Positions 41,161 to 50,978 of a DNA stretch of 64,000 nt are shown here, in pieces (position 1 is the first letter of the stretch; every line of letters starts with the position of its first letter). The stretch comes from Methylococcaceae bacterium UBA6146 (GTDB lineage: Bacteria; Pseudomonadota; Gammaproteobacteria; Methylococcales; Methylomonadaceae). A model generated the notes under the pieces. It was not told the origin of the DNA. It saw only the letters and a list, made by a program, of their open reading frames with translations, and searched no databases. Where the stretch lies: NCBI GenBank assembly GCA_002422395.1, contig DIUY01000030.1, forward strand, positions 221,317 through 285,316, given 5' to 3'. The position numbers were made by a program, and so were the translations under genes.

Positions 41161-42522
41161 TTAACACCGGCGGTTGCCCAACAAGGAATCAATAACTTTA
41201 AGAAACTTGGGTATGTCCAAGGGTTTGGTCAGGTACTCAACAAAACCAGCTTCGCGCCCTTTTCTCAGGTCACTTTCCATGGCGTTGGCCGATATGGCCA
41301 CAACGGGTATGTTTTGTGTTGACGGGTCGGCCTGCAATTGCCGGAATATTTCAAAACCATCCATATCCGGCAAGTTGATGTCCAACAAAATCAGGTCGGG
41401 GAGATGGCTTCTGGCTATTTCTAAACCCAATCTGCCCAAATGGGCGTCCAGCAACTTTAAGTCGCTATATTTGGCGATGATTTTCTGCACCAAACGGAGG
41501 TTGGCTGGGTTGTCTTCCAGGTACAGCACAGTGTGGCAAGCGGAAGTTGAGCGGGGAAGAGCTTTATTTTCGGGATTTTCCTGCGGTTCCCGTTGCGTAT
41601 TGTCGGCTTTAGGAAAACTGACCCAAAATAAGGAACCTTCACCGAGGCTACTTTCCACGCCAATTTCCCCAGCCATTGCTTCGGTCAGTTTTTTACTGAT
41701 GGCAAGCCCTATGCCGGAGCCTTCAATGCCATCATAAGGCGAACCTAAGCGCTCAAAAGGCTGGAACAAATGGGGCAGTTTATGGGCGGGAATACCATCG
41801 CCCATATCCTGCACATTAATTTGGACTTTTTCATCGTAATGTTGGCAGCCAATTCTGATAATGCCTGCCTGACGGTTGTATTTAATGGCATTGGATAATA
41901 GGTTCAACAAGATCTGCCGCATCCTGAAGCGATCCACCAAAATCGAGCAATCCCCATCTAAACCCAATTCGACTTGAATTTGCCGGCTATGGATTAACGG
42001 TTGCAGCAAGGCCACGGTTTCTTTGACTAACTCCCATACCTTGACCGGTTCTAGGATAAATTGAAATTGCCCGCTTTCAATGTGCGCCAAATCCAGCACC
42101 TCATTAATCAGTTTTAGCAAATGTTTGCCGGCAATCACGATTTCGTTGACACTTTCAAGTTGGTCGGCAGCTAACGGATGCTTGGCGTCGGCCTCCAATA
42201 ATTGTCCAAAGCCGATAATCGCATTCATTGGGGTGCGCAGCTCATGGCTCATCCTCGACAAGAATCGGGATTTTGCTTCATTGGCACGCTCGGCTTCTTC
42301 CTTGGCCAATACCAGTGAAGATTCATGCCGCTTGCGCCCCGCGATGTCGTGGACGAATGAATAAAAAAACAACTCCCCACCTATTTGGTTAATCGTCACC
42401 TTCACCTCAACGTCAATCACCACGCTATCTTTACGCCGATAACGGGTGTCAAAACGCAGATGACCGTTTTCTTGTAATGATATTTTGGAGTCAAAAAACA
42501 TGTTTTGTGGCTCAGCTATCAT
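41161..42522 (-). CDS. Hybrid histidine kinase (half-PAS, HisKA, HATPase, REC); N-terminus derived from a MITE
   Basis: SHELRTPMN, NAIKYN, GSGIGL, REC YLEDN/LLDINLP/LTKP; only the PAC half of a PAS remains. Confidence 0.85.
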   Translation of the reverse strand: MIAEPQNMFFDSKISLQENGHLRFDTRYRRKDSVVIDVEVKVTINQIGGELFFYSFVHDIAGRKRHESSLVLAKEEAERANEAKSRFLSRMSHELRTPMNAIIGFGQLLEADAKHPLAADQLESVNEIVIAGKHLLKLINEVLDLAHIESGQFQFILEPVKVWELVKETVALLQPLIHSRQIQVELGLDGDCSILVDRFRMRQILLNLLSNAIKYNRQAGIIRIGCQHYDEKVQINVQDMGDGIPAHKLPHLFQPFERLGSPYDGIEGSGIGLAISKKLTEAMAGEIGVESSLGEGSLFWVSFPKADNTQREPQENPENKALPRSTSACHTVLYLEDNPANLRLVQKIIAKYSDLKLLDAHLGRLGLEIARSHLPDLILLDINLPDMDGFEIFRQLQADPSTQNIPVVAISANAMESDLRKGREAGFVEYLTKPLDIPKFLKVIDSLLGNRRC

Positions 42523-42549
42523 TTAAACATTTAAATGTTTACCGCTGCC
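42475..42549. mobile_element. MITE family A, diverged truncated copy overlapping the kinase start
   Basis: TAATGATATTTTGGAGTCAAAAAACATGTTTTGTGGCTCAGCTATCATTTAAACATTTAAATGTTTACCGCTGCC aligns with 2052-2127. Confidence 0.7.
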
Positions 42550-42557
42550 CGCGTTGT

Positions 42558-45500
42558 TTATTCAGGGTCAATTTTTAAATACACATCCAACAGTGCGAAA
42601 AAAGCCCGGGCGTCGATAGGTTTTTCCAAGTAACCGACAAATCCAGCTTCCCTTGCACGGGCATGGTCGAGAATACCCGCGATTGCTGATAACGCAATCA
42701 CGGGAGGGATGTTCGACAAGCCACTCTTTCGCAGTTGTTTAAGAAAAGCGAAACCATCCATTTGTGGCATATTGATGTCCACTAAAACCAGCTCGAACGG
42801 CATGGTTGACAGCAAGTCCAAACCAACTCGTGTGGAGTGTGCCGTCATCAGGTGAATATCCGGCAGATGCCTGAGCAATTCGACCATATGTTTGAAATTG
42901 CCAATATTTTCATCGATATATAAGATAGTTGTGTAGTTGTCGGCTATCCGTGCTATGCGTGATTTGGTGCGCGAGCGCCGTTCCTGCGGCAATTCCAGCC
43001 AAAAGGTGCTGCCGACACCCTTTAGGCTATCGACACCAATAGCCCCGCCCATCAACTCGACAAGCTGCCGGGTAATGGCCAAACCGATGCCGGTGCCCTG
43101 TATGTTCAGGCCTTCAGCGCCTAGCCGGTTAAACGGCCTGAACAGCTCGCCGAGCCGCTCTTTCGGTATCCCCACTCCGGTGTCACTGACTTGGATGCGT
43201 ATCAGCCCGGAACTAACCAAGCGGCAACCTAACTCCACCTTACCGCCCGGTCTGTTGTATTTAATGGCGTTGGACAGCAAGTTAAGCAAACACTGTTTCA
43301 GGCGCAATGAATCCGCCCTTAGCAATATCGAAGAACAATCAGCAGAGACCATTATTTGTATGCCCCTAGCTTCAGCCATTGGCTTGACGAGTGCCAAACA
43401 AGCGTCGATGACCTCACTTAAAACGACCGCTTCTATGGATAATTCGATATTGCCGCCCTCGATTTTTGCCAAGTCTAAAACTTCATCAATCAACTGCATC
43501 AAATGGCGGCCAGCCTTAAGAATTTCGCCCGCGCCCTCCCTATGTTCGTTTAGCAGCCTGACATCCATTTCCATTAACTGGGCAAACCCCAGCACCGCAT
43601 TCATAGGGGTGCGCAATTCATGCGACATGCTGGAAAGGAACTTTGATTTCGCCAGATTGGCGCGTTCGGCTTCGTTCTTGGCGGCCAGCAATTGGGCTTC
43701 ATGCCGCTTACGGCTGGAAATGTCACGCACCAGGCCGATAAACAACGTTGCGTTGTCCAACTGAATCTCGGAAATCGCCAAATCCATCGGAAACACGCCA
43801 CCATCCTTACGGCGGCCCGTCACTTCACGGCCTATGCCGATAATACGTTTGACGCCTGACTCAACATATCTTTTCAGGTAAGCGTCATGTTCACTGGCAT
43901 AAGGCTCCGGCATCAACATCTTGACATTGTTGCCGACAATCTCATGGGGGGCATAGCCAAAAATCCGTTGGGCGGCGGGGTTGAACGATGACACGCCCCC
44001 CCGGCTGTCGATAGTGATGACCCCATCGACCACATTGTCCAAGATGGCTTGGGTATGCTTGGCGCTTTCCTTAGGGGCGCGTTCGGTGTTCTTACGGTAA
44101 CTGATGTCACTGACATAGCCATGCCAAAGGATAGAACCCTCTTCCTCCTGCTCTGGAGCGGCGTTGGCCAATAACCAGCGCACCGAACCATCGGCAAACC
44201 TGACCCGAAACTCATGCTCCCAGGTGGTCAAGCCACGCGCGGAAGCTTTGATGGAAAGCAATATCCCACGGCGGTCAAGCGGATGAAAAATAGGCATCAA
44301 TTTGGCCACATTTTCACGGGCTTCTTCAGCGCTTAGCCGGAACAATCCGGCAATCGCATCGCTGGCGTAGGGTAAGCAAAAATTTCCGGCGGTGGTCAAG
44401 CGTAATTGGAACACCACGCCGGGCACCCGGCTGGCGATTTTTTGCAGGCGCTCCAATACCTCTTGGCGACTGGCCTCGGCTTCTTTTTGGCGGGTCACAT
44501 CCTCGGTGAGGCCGATAAAATGGCTAAGCTTGCCCAGGCTATCATGCACAGGGGCAACCCGCATTTTGTTCCAAAACAAGCCGCCATCTTTGCGGTAATT
44601 GCGCAGCAAAGCTTCCCCCGCCCTGCCCTCGCGCAAGGCGGCGCGGATTTCCGCAAGTTCGGGTTGGTCAGTGTCGTTAGCCAATAAAAAACGGGCATTG
44701 TGGCCAAGCGCCTCTTGGCGGCTATACCCAGTGATGCGCTCAAAAGCGGGATTGACATAAACCAACGGCAATTTAGGGTCAGTGGCGTCAGCAATGCTGA
44801 TGCTGCCAGAACTGGCTTCGACGGCCCGGCTAAGGATATTGAGGCGGATTTCATGTTCTTTTATCTTAGTGATGTCAGTACGGATGGAAATGTACTGGTA
44901 GGGTATGCCCTGATTGTCCAAAAAGGGCACAATACTGGATTTTACCCAATACAAACTACCATTTTTCCGGCGGTTGCAGATTTCGCCCTGCCAAATTTTG
45001 CCACGGCTGATCGTCAGCCAGATGCCAGTGAAAAAACCTTGCGAATGTTCATCCGATTTCAGGATGCGATGGTTCTGGCCAAGCAGTTCGCTACGGCTAT
45101 AGCCACTGACCTCACAAAATTTTTCATTGACATAAACGATTCTGCCTTCCTTGTCGGTGATACTGACTATGGCATGATAATTGACTGCCTGATACTGTCG
45201 CCTGCATTCATAAAGCATCAGCCGGTGGTCTTCGGCTCTCTTAGTGGTTTGCCGAAAATGCCAGGCATAGTTTGCCAGTTTGGTGAGCAAGGTCTGTGGC
45301 TTAACCGTTTTTGCAAAAAAATGGTCACGCCCGTAGTCCGATACCGGCAACGTCCAGCCTATCCCCCACTCTTCCAACAAATATACGATAGGCAGTTGCC
45401 GGCACATTTCATCTTCACGCAAGATAGCCGCCAACTCAGTCCCGGAACAGGCTTCCATGTTCATGGACAACATCAGCAAGTCAACGGGGGAACGTGACAA

Positions 45501-46391
45501 AATCGCCGCTGTTTGGAACGGTTCATCAAGCGCTTCGACTTTCCACCCGGCCTGCTCCAATAGTGCGGCTCGCGCCGCCAATTGCCGCTGATTGTCGTCG
45601 ACCAACAAGATCCGATAAGGCGGGTCAGGGAACGGGGAGGCGACATCAGCGAGCTTATCCAGTATCTCGTCCGCCTCCAGGGGGTAAGCCAGACAACTGG
45701 CGGCACCGAACCGGTAAGCGGCCAGCTTGGCCGCCATATCGGCACTCTCCAGCAAAGACACCAAAGGCAAGCCCTGTAGGCACAAGCTTTTTAGTTCCAA
45801 GGCCGTGGCTTCGGTAAGGTGGCCGTTTTGCAAACAGGCCATGTCCATCAGCACTGCCGCTGGCCGCTCCTGCCCCAAACAAGCCTCCTTGACCGCTTTG
45901 TCCTCGTCTAACAAGTCAACGACAAAACCGGCCTGAACCAAGGCGGGAACAATCAGGGCAACCAGTTGCCGATTCTTTTTTGCAACCAACCACAATTTGC
46001 GCCCTTGGCCTATCGGGGAAAACAGTGTCCATTCGGTGCTTAATTTATCCACCTGCACCCGCAACTTTTTTAACACCTGGTGTAAAGGGAACAGGTCAAG
46101 GTCATGGGCATTTTGGTTGCCCTGCGGACAGCTGGCTTCAAACACCTGCTTCAACTCATGGACAAGCAGGCTTATAGCTGGCAAATGGTGTATATCTGCC
46201 ACCTCAATCAACTGGTTGATCATAATGCGCAACGACTCTATTGCCTTCGGGCCACCGTCGGCGAGTTCTTCAATATGGGTTTCCAACAACACTAACCGGC
46301 ACGGCATGCTTCTGACAAAATTATCCCGTAACCGGTGCAGGGCCGTTTGGAAATCGTGTTCAATAATCGGTTCTTTCAGTAATGAAGCCAT
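42558..46391 (-). CDS. Multi-sensor hybrid histidine kinase: Hpt-like, 2 degenerate REC, FAD-type PAS, LOV-like PAS, PAS_3, heme-type PAS, HisKA, HATPase, REC
   Basis: GQNHRILKS..W..ISRG..WQGEICNRRKNG; GHNARFL..NYRKDG..FWN; LMPEPY..EHDAYL..IIGIGREV..RKDG..FP; SHELRTPMN; LVDINMP. Confidence 0.88.
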   Translation of the reverse strand: MASLLKEPIIEHDFQTALHRLRDNFVRSMPCRLVLLETHIEELADGGPKAIESLRIMINQLIEVADIHHLPAISLLVHELKQVFEASCPQGNQNAHDLDLFPLHQVLKKLRVQVDKLSTEWTLFSPIGQGRKLWLVAKKNRQLVALIVPALVQAGFVVDLLDEDKAVKEACLGQERPAAVLMDMACLQNGHLTEATALELKSLCLQGLPLVSLLESADMAAKLAAYRFGAASCLAYPLEADEILDKLADVASPFPDPPYRILLVDDNQRQLAARAALLEQAGWKVEALDEPFQTAAILSRSPVDLLMLSMNMEACSGTELAAILREDEMCRQLPIVYLLEEWGIGWTLPVSDYGRDHFFAKTVKPQTLLTKLANYAWHFRQTTKRAEDHRLMLYECRRQYQAVNYHAIVSITDKEGRIVYVNEKFCEVSGYSRSELLGQNHRILKSDEHSQGFFTGIWLTISRGKIWQGEICNRRKNGSLYWVKSSIVPFLDNQGIPYQYISIRTDITKIKEHEIRLNILSRAVEASSGSISIADATDPKLPLVYVNPAFERITGYSRQEALGHNARFLLANDTDQPELAEIRAALREGRAGEALLRNYRKDGGLFWNKMRVAPVHDSLGKLSHFIGLTEDVTRQKEAEASRQEVLERLQKIASRVPGVVFQLRLTTAGNFCLPYASDAIAGLFRLSAEEARENVAKLMPIFHPLDRRGILLSIKASARGLTTWEHEFRVRFADGSVRWLLANAAPEQEEEGSILWHGYVSDISYRKNTERAPKESAKHTQAILDNVVDGVITIDSRGGVSSFNPAAQRIFGYAPHEIVGNNVKMLMPEPYASEHDAYLKRYVESGVKRIIGIGREVTGRRKDGGVFPMDLAISEIQLDNATLFIGLVRDISSRKRHEAQLLAAKNEAERANLAKSKFLSSMSHELRTPMNAVLGFAQLMEMDVRLLNEHREGAGEILKAGRHLMQLIDEVLDLAKIEGGNIELSIEAVVLSEVIDACLALVKPMAEARGIQIMVSADCSSILLRADSLRLKQCLLNLLSNAIKYNRPGGKVELGCRLVSSGLIRIQVSDTGVGIPKERLGELFRPFNRLGAEGLNIQGTGIGLAITRQLVELMGGAIGVDSLKGVGSTFWLELPQERRSRTKSRIARIADNYTTILYIDENIGNFKHMVELLRHLPDIHLMTAHSTRVGLDLLSTMPFELVLVDINMPQMDGFAFLKQLRKSGLSNIPPVIALSAIAGILDHARAREAGFVGYLEKPIDARAFFALLDVYLKIDPE

Positions 46392-46506
46392 TTTCTTGTA
46401 ATCGTTATTTGCTAATAAATGTCTGGAACAACCAATTTTGGCAGGCTTTATTGGTGCGGTATCACTATTCCTGATTAGTAAGATACTTCAGCTAAAGCTC
46501 AGAATA

Positions 46507-46621
46507 CGTCGTTCCGGCAGGGAGAGCGTAGCGAGGGTTGGCCGGAACCCAAAAGCCATGGAAGGCTTACAATAATTACATCCATGTAATCTGGATACCG
46601 GCAGTCCATGCCGGTATGACG
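46507..46621. repeat. REP/MITE-like element with CGTCATTCCGGC-type ends
   Basis: CGTCGTTCCGGCAGGG ... GCCGGAACCC ... GGATACCGGCAGTCCATGCCGGTATGACG; same motif family at 53666. Confidence 0.62.
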
Positions 46622-46652
46622 TTGTTGCTGAAGCACCTTTATAATCAGGTCA

Positions 46653-49600
46653 CTATTTGGCTGAATCAGCCTGCAACCAAGCAATAAGCTCATCAACAGG
46701 CATGGCTTTGGCTATCAGCCAGCCCTGCACAAAATCACAGCCTACGCCCCTGACCAAATCCAAGTCTTCTTGGGTCTCCACCCCTTCCGCGACGGTGACA
46801 AGGTTAAGTTTGGCCGCCATCCCGACGCTGGCAGAAAGTATCGTGCGAGCCGTGGCATTATCAGCGGCGCCTTTGACAAAGGCGCGGTCCAGTTTAAGTT
46901 CGTTAAATGGAATACGCTGCAATTGCTCTAGCGATGAATAGCCGGTACCAAAATCATCAATTGATAACTTGAAGCCCTTAAGCCGCAAACGGGTCATAAT
47001 ATCCAAGGTTTTGGTCAGGTCGTCCATAACCCCTGTTTCAGTAACCTCAAGGATCACGTTGCCAACTTTTAGCCCGGTTGTCTCGGTGCTGGCTTGGATA
47101 AAATCCGGCAGGTTCACATCCGACATCCAAGCCGCCGACAAATTAACGGAAATATCCAACGGAAAGCCCGCATCAACAAGACGGCGGCCACCGATAAACG
47201 CTTTGACCAATAAAACTTCCGACAATGCCCCCACCAAACCGCAGTGTTCTGCCGCCAAAATAAAGGCTTCAGCCGGCACAGCGGCCCCTTGCCGCCGCCA
47301 ACGCGCCAAGGCCTCAACCCCAACTGGTTTGAGGGTAAAGGCATCGACCTTCGGTTGGAAGAAAACATCAAATTCATCATTGTTTAAGCCATCCAAAATA
47401 TCTTCAGTCTTGATCGCCTTTGCCGTGGCTTTTTTGACGGTATTGACCTGTCTGTGGGAAGCGTCATTCAATAAAGCCAAGAAATCATCGCGGACTAACG
47501 GTTTGCCCAAACTACCCACCAAATGCAAACCTTGCAAGCAGGCTAATTCAACTGCGGACTGCATCAACCGCGCATCAACCCCGCTCACCAAAATGATATT
47601 GCCTTGGTAGCCTATCTCGCTCATACGCCGCAAAAACTCAATGCCATCCATCTCCGGCATATTCAAATCACAAAGCAGCAAATTGACGCGCTGCCCGTGT
47701 GCTTCCAGCTCTTTTAAGCCTGCCATGCCACTGTCGGCCACCAGCACCTCAGTTACCCCTAACGCGGTCAGCAACAAGGATGTTTGCCGTCGGACCACCG
47801 CATCATCGTCAACCACCAACACGCAATTGGGCAATTCTAAACAGGGCTTAGTGTTTTGTAAGGCGGGCAGGCTATTTTTAACAATGGCTTCTTCAACATC
47901 AGTGAGCGCGTGTTCAAGCTCCCGAAGCAAGGCCGCCGCATGGCCGACTGCCCCTTGCTTGGCAACAATTTCCAACTCTTTGGCCAATTCGGCAAAACGC
48001 AACGCCCCTATGGCCTGTGAGGAAGACTTCAGCTTGTGCATGGACAAAGCAAGCCCCGCCATGTCTTGGGCCAAAAGATCCCGACGGCATAAAACCAACT
48101 CGGCTTGGGCGGAACTGGTGAACAAGTCAACCAAGCTTTGGATTTGTCGGGCATCCAAACCACCCGTTATCTTAAGTAAATAATCGGTGTCCAAAACATG
48201 CTTGCCGTAAGGGGACTGTGCTAGCTTGCTTGGGAAGACCGATAATGGGGGCTTTGATGCCGCCACTGCCTGTTCGGGCAACCATTGCTGTAGCTTTTGC
48301 CGCAGGTAATTCAAATCAATAGGTTTGGGCAAGGTGTCGTCCATACCGGCGTTCAAGCAAGCCTCGAGTTCCTCCGGGTAAGTGAATGCGGTAATGGCGA
48401 TCATAGGCATGTGGGCCTCTGTGCCTTGTTCTGCTGCACGGATTGAGCGGGCAAGTTGCATCCCATCCATACGGGGCATACTGATGTCGCTTAAGATAAG
48501 GTCGTAGCCGCCTTTTTTCCATTCGACCAAGGCTTCCGAGCCGTCTGCAACAATAACGGCATCAATGCCCAACACACCCAGCTGCATTTTGAGTAAGGTT
48601 TGGTTGGTGGGGTTATCTTCGGCGACTAAGATGCGGTACGCTTGTTTTTGTTGTTCTGACTCGCCATCAGTTGGGGCGATCAATGCGGCGGAATCTTTAA
48701 TTTCCAGAGGATTTTCTTCGTGCGCCCTAGCCAGCTTGTCAATCAATTGGTTAAACCGGTCGCTGGATTTGATGATTTCTTGGGCGCATTCAAGAACATC
48801 GGCAGCCAGGTTTGTTTGCATCGACAGAAGCTGCGCCTCGCCTAAGAAGCCATTTAACGAGGTACGCAGTTCATAGCTGACACTGGCGACAAGTTCGCTC
48901 TGCCTAGCCCGGTTCTTTTCGGCTTTTTCCAAAAATTCGGCAAGGTCGTCAACCGCTTGTTGTTGGCGATCATTTTTCCCGGCGGTTTCAATCAAATTGG
49001 CGCAAGTTTCGGTAAAAGGCGCCAAAAACTCCACGGATCCGGCGTCATAGCCATCCTGCTTATTGGCCAAACCCAGCATCCCTAGCAGGCAGTCCCCAGA
49101 ATAAATCGGCATTCCCATAAACGCGGTCAGCGGCGGATGCCCTGTTGGCAAACCACGGCTACGGGGATCATTTTGCGGGTCATTGCTGATCAGCGGGCGG
49201 CCCGCAAGGATGACAGCGCCATACAGGCTGTCCAGAGATTTAAACCCTGCTCCGGTCGCCTGCATTTTCTGATACATGGCGCGGCTGGTTTCATCCCAGC
49301 TTATGTCGGTGACTGCCTTGATGCTAAGGTAAGGGTGGCCAATGGGCTCATACAACACCTCTGCGACAAACCCAAACGCACTTTCAGTCAGCAGCAACAC
49401 GCCGTCCAACAAACGGTTAACCGCGTTGCCCAAGTTACGGTCAACATTGAATTGTTGCAGGGTCTCCCGCAATAAATTCAATAACCGCTGTTGCCGCCGC
49501 TCTTCGGCATGCAGCTGTTTTTGCTGTGTCACATCGGTACGGACAGAAAAATACTGTTTTGGCTTTCCGTGCCCATCCATAATCGGCGCAATAGTGGATT

Positions 49601-50978
49601 GCACCCAATAAGGCTTGCCGTCTTTGCTGCGGTTTTGGATTTCACCTTGCCAAGTCTTGCCGGCGCTAATGGTCTTCCACATCTCAACAAAAAATGCGTG
49701 CGGATGGTGGCCGGATTTGACAATGCGGTGATTATGGCCAATCAATTCTTCTTTACTATAACCGCTTATGTCACAAAACTTTTGGTTGACATCAATAATG
49801 GTGCCATGGGCTGAAGCAATGGAAACAATCGAATGTGCATCCAAGGTGCTGCGCAACCATTTTTGCTGCGCTTGGACGGCTTGCCATCCCTTCGCCCTGC
49901 CCTGCAACAACCGATGTTGACGGGATTTTGCTATGACTAGGGACAATAATTCATAACCTTGCACGGGTTCCGACAAATAACAGCTTCCAGTGGCCAAATA
50001 ATGGCGTCTGATTTCATCGGGGCAATCAGGGCCTAGCCAATAAATCACCGGCAGTTGCACACTGTCCATTTTCAATCGGCATAACGCCAAAAAACCAGGG
50101 CTTTGGCACAACGCCAGTGAAGCGTCCAGTATCAGCGCATCGGGGGGGAAAGTTGCCAGAAGATGGGGCATCTGCAACGGTTCAGACTGAGTTACAACCT
50201 CAATACCGGCGTCATGCAAGACACTCAGGCCAAGCGCCAGCTTTTGGCGGTCAGCACTGAGCAAGAGCACACGATAAGGTGCTTGCGGCATCCAAGCAAC
50301 GCCTGCCAATTCCGACAGCAGCTTTGAAGCATCAACGGGGGGTTCAAAAAATAGGCGGACACCCAGCCCGCTGACAAAAACTGGGTCATGGCTGCCCAGA
50401 CTATCCAGCATACCGACCAGTATCGGCATCACCTCTTGCCCTGTGCTTTGCTTGAGCTGCCCTAAAAGCCATTGCCCATGTTGGGTGAGCCAGCTTGATC
50501 CCGCCACTAGCACGAGCTGTTCTTGGCAAAGGTAGCCCTCAGAAAAATCGCCATCGGATTTGTGTTCAACTATAAACCCCAAGCTTTGAAGGGTTCGGCT
50601 GAGCCGGATTGTCTCCGCAGACTGGTCACCAAGGAGGCAGAAAACCCAAGCCCCCGGTTGGGGGGGCAAGTTTTTGGCATCGACTTGCCCTGACAACGGC
50701 CCTTCACGCAATAGGGCTGCCAGATTATGTGCGGACTGCAAGGCCGAGGCCAACCGTTCGGGCGCGGGCGCGTCTTGGAAGAAATCAGCCAAGACCGAAA
50801 CCAACGCCTTGGCCCGGCTCGAAACCTCAAACCAATCCGTACCCTCAGACTTGTCAATAACATTTGCCAAGGACTTAGCCAAATGGGTGGCTATCACTCT
50901 ATCCCAACCGGCATTTTTAAGCCGGCCAGTGTGCTTGCTTATGTCTGCTGCAAGTTGTTCTAAAGCCGCAGTATTCAT
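46653..50978 (-). CDS. c-di-GMP phosphodiesterase with degenerate kinase core: REC-like x2, FAD-type PAS, GAF, pseudo-HisKA, REC, Hpt, REC, EAL
   Basis: SYELRTSLN (His->Tyr), no HATPase; HKLKSSS Hpt; two intact REC (LSDISMP, LCDLNMP); EAL motifs VEALARW, SVNLS, LEVTE, DDFGTGYSS, LKLD, AEGVE, VQG. Confidence 0.88.
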   Translation of the reverse strand: MNTAALEQLAADISKHTGRLKNAGWDRVIATHLAKSLANVIDKSEGTDWFEVSSRAKALVSVLADFFQDAPAPERLASALQSAHNLAALLREGPLSGQVDAKNLPPQPGAWVFCLLGDQSAETIRLSRTLQSLGFIVEHKSDGDFSEGYLCQEQLVLVAGSSWLTQHGQWLLGQLKQSTGQEVMPILVGMLDSLGSHDPVFVSGLGVRLFFEPPVDASKLLSELAGVAWMPQAPYRVLLLSADRQKLALGLSVLHDAGIEVVTQSEPLQMPHLLATFPPDALILDASLALCQSPGFLALCRLKMDSVQLPVIYWLGPDCPDEIRRHYLATGSCYLSEPVQGYELLSLVIAKSRQHRLLQGRAKGWQAVQAQQKWLRSTLDAHSIVSIASAHGTIIDVNQKFCDISGYSKEELIGHNHRIVKSGHHPHAFFVEMWKTISAGKTWQGEIQNRSKDGKPYWVQSTIAPIMDGHGKPKQYFSVRTDVTQQKQLHAEERRQQRLLNLLRETLQQFNVDRNLGNAVNRLLDGVLLLTESAFGFVAEVLYEPIGHPYLSIKAVTDISWDETSRAMYQKMQATGAGFKSLDSLYGAVILAGRPLISNDPQNDPRSRGLPTGHPPLTAFMGMPIYSGDCLLGMLGLANKQDGYDAGSVEFLAPFTETCANLIETAGKNDRQQQAVDDLAEFLEKAEKNRARQSELVASVSYELRTSLNGFLGEAQLLSMQTNLAADVLECAQEIIKSSDRFNQLIDKLARAHEENPLEIKDSAALIAPTDGESEQQKQAYRILVAEDNPTNQTLLKMQLGVLGIDAVIVADGSEALVEWKKGGYDLILSDISMPRMDGMQLARSIRAAEQGTEAHMPMIAITAFTYPEELEACLNAGMDDTLPKPIDLNYLRQKLQQWLPEQAVAASKPPLSVFPSKLAQSPYGKHVLDTDYLLKITGGLDARQIQSLVDLFTSSAQAELVLCRRDLLAQDMAGLALSMHKLKSSSQAIGALRFAELAKELEIVAKQGAVGHAAALLRELEHALTDVEEAIVKNSLPALQNTKPCLELPNCVLVVDDDAVVRRQTSLLLTALGVTEVLVADSGMAGLKELEAHGQRVNLLLCDLNMPEMDGIEFLRRMSEIGYQGNIILVSGVDARLMQSAVELACLQGLHLVGSLGKPLVRDDFLALLNDASHRQVNTVKKATAKAIKTEDILDGLNNDEFDVFFQPKVDAFTLKPVGVEALARWRRQGAAVPAEAFILAAEHCGLVGALSEVLLVKAFIGGRRLVDAGFPLDISVNLSAAWMSDVNLPDFIQASTETTGLKVGNVILEVTETGVMDDLTKTLDIMTRLRLKGFKLSIDDFGTGYSSLEQLQRIPFNELKLDRAFVKGAADNATARTILSASVGMAAKLNLVTVAEGVETQEDLDLVRGVGCDFVQGWLIAKAMPVDELIAWLQADSAK

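Noticed and set aside
46392-46405. ATTACAAGAAAA(T/C)GG shared between the starts of the 1277-aa and 453-aa kinase genes
   Set aside because: Short AT-rich match; at 42470 it encodes ordinary PAS residues (LQENG), so probably chance
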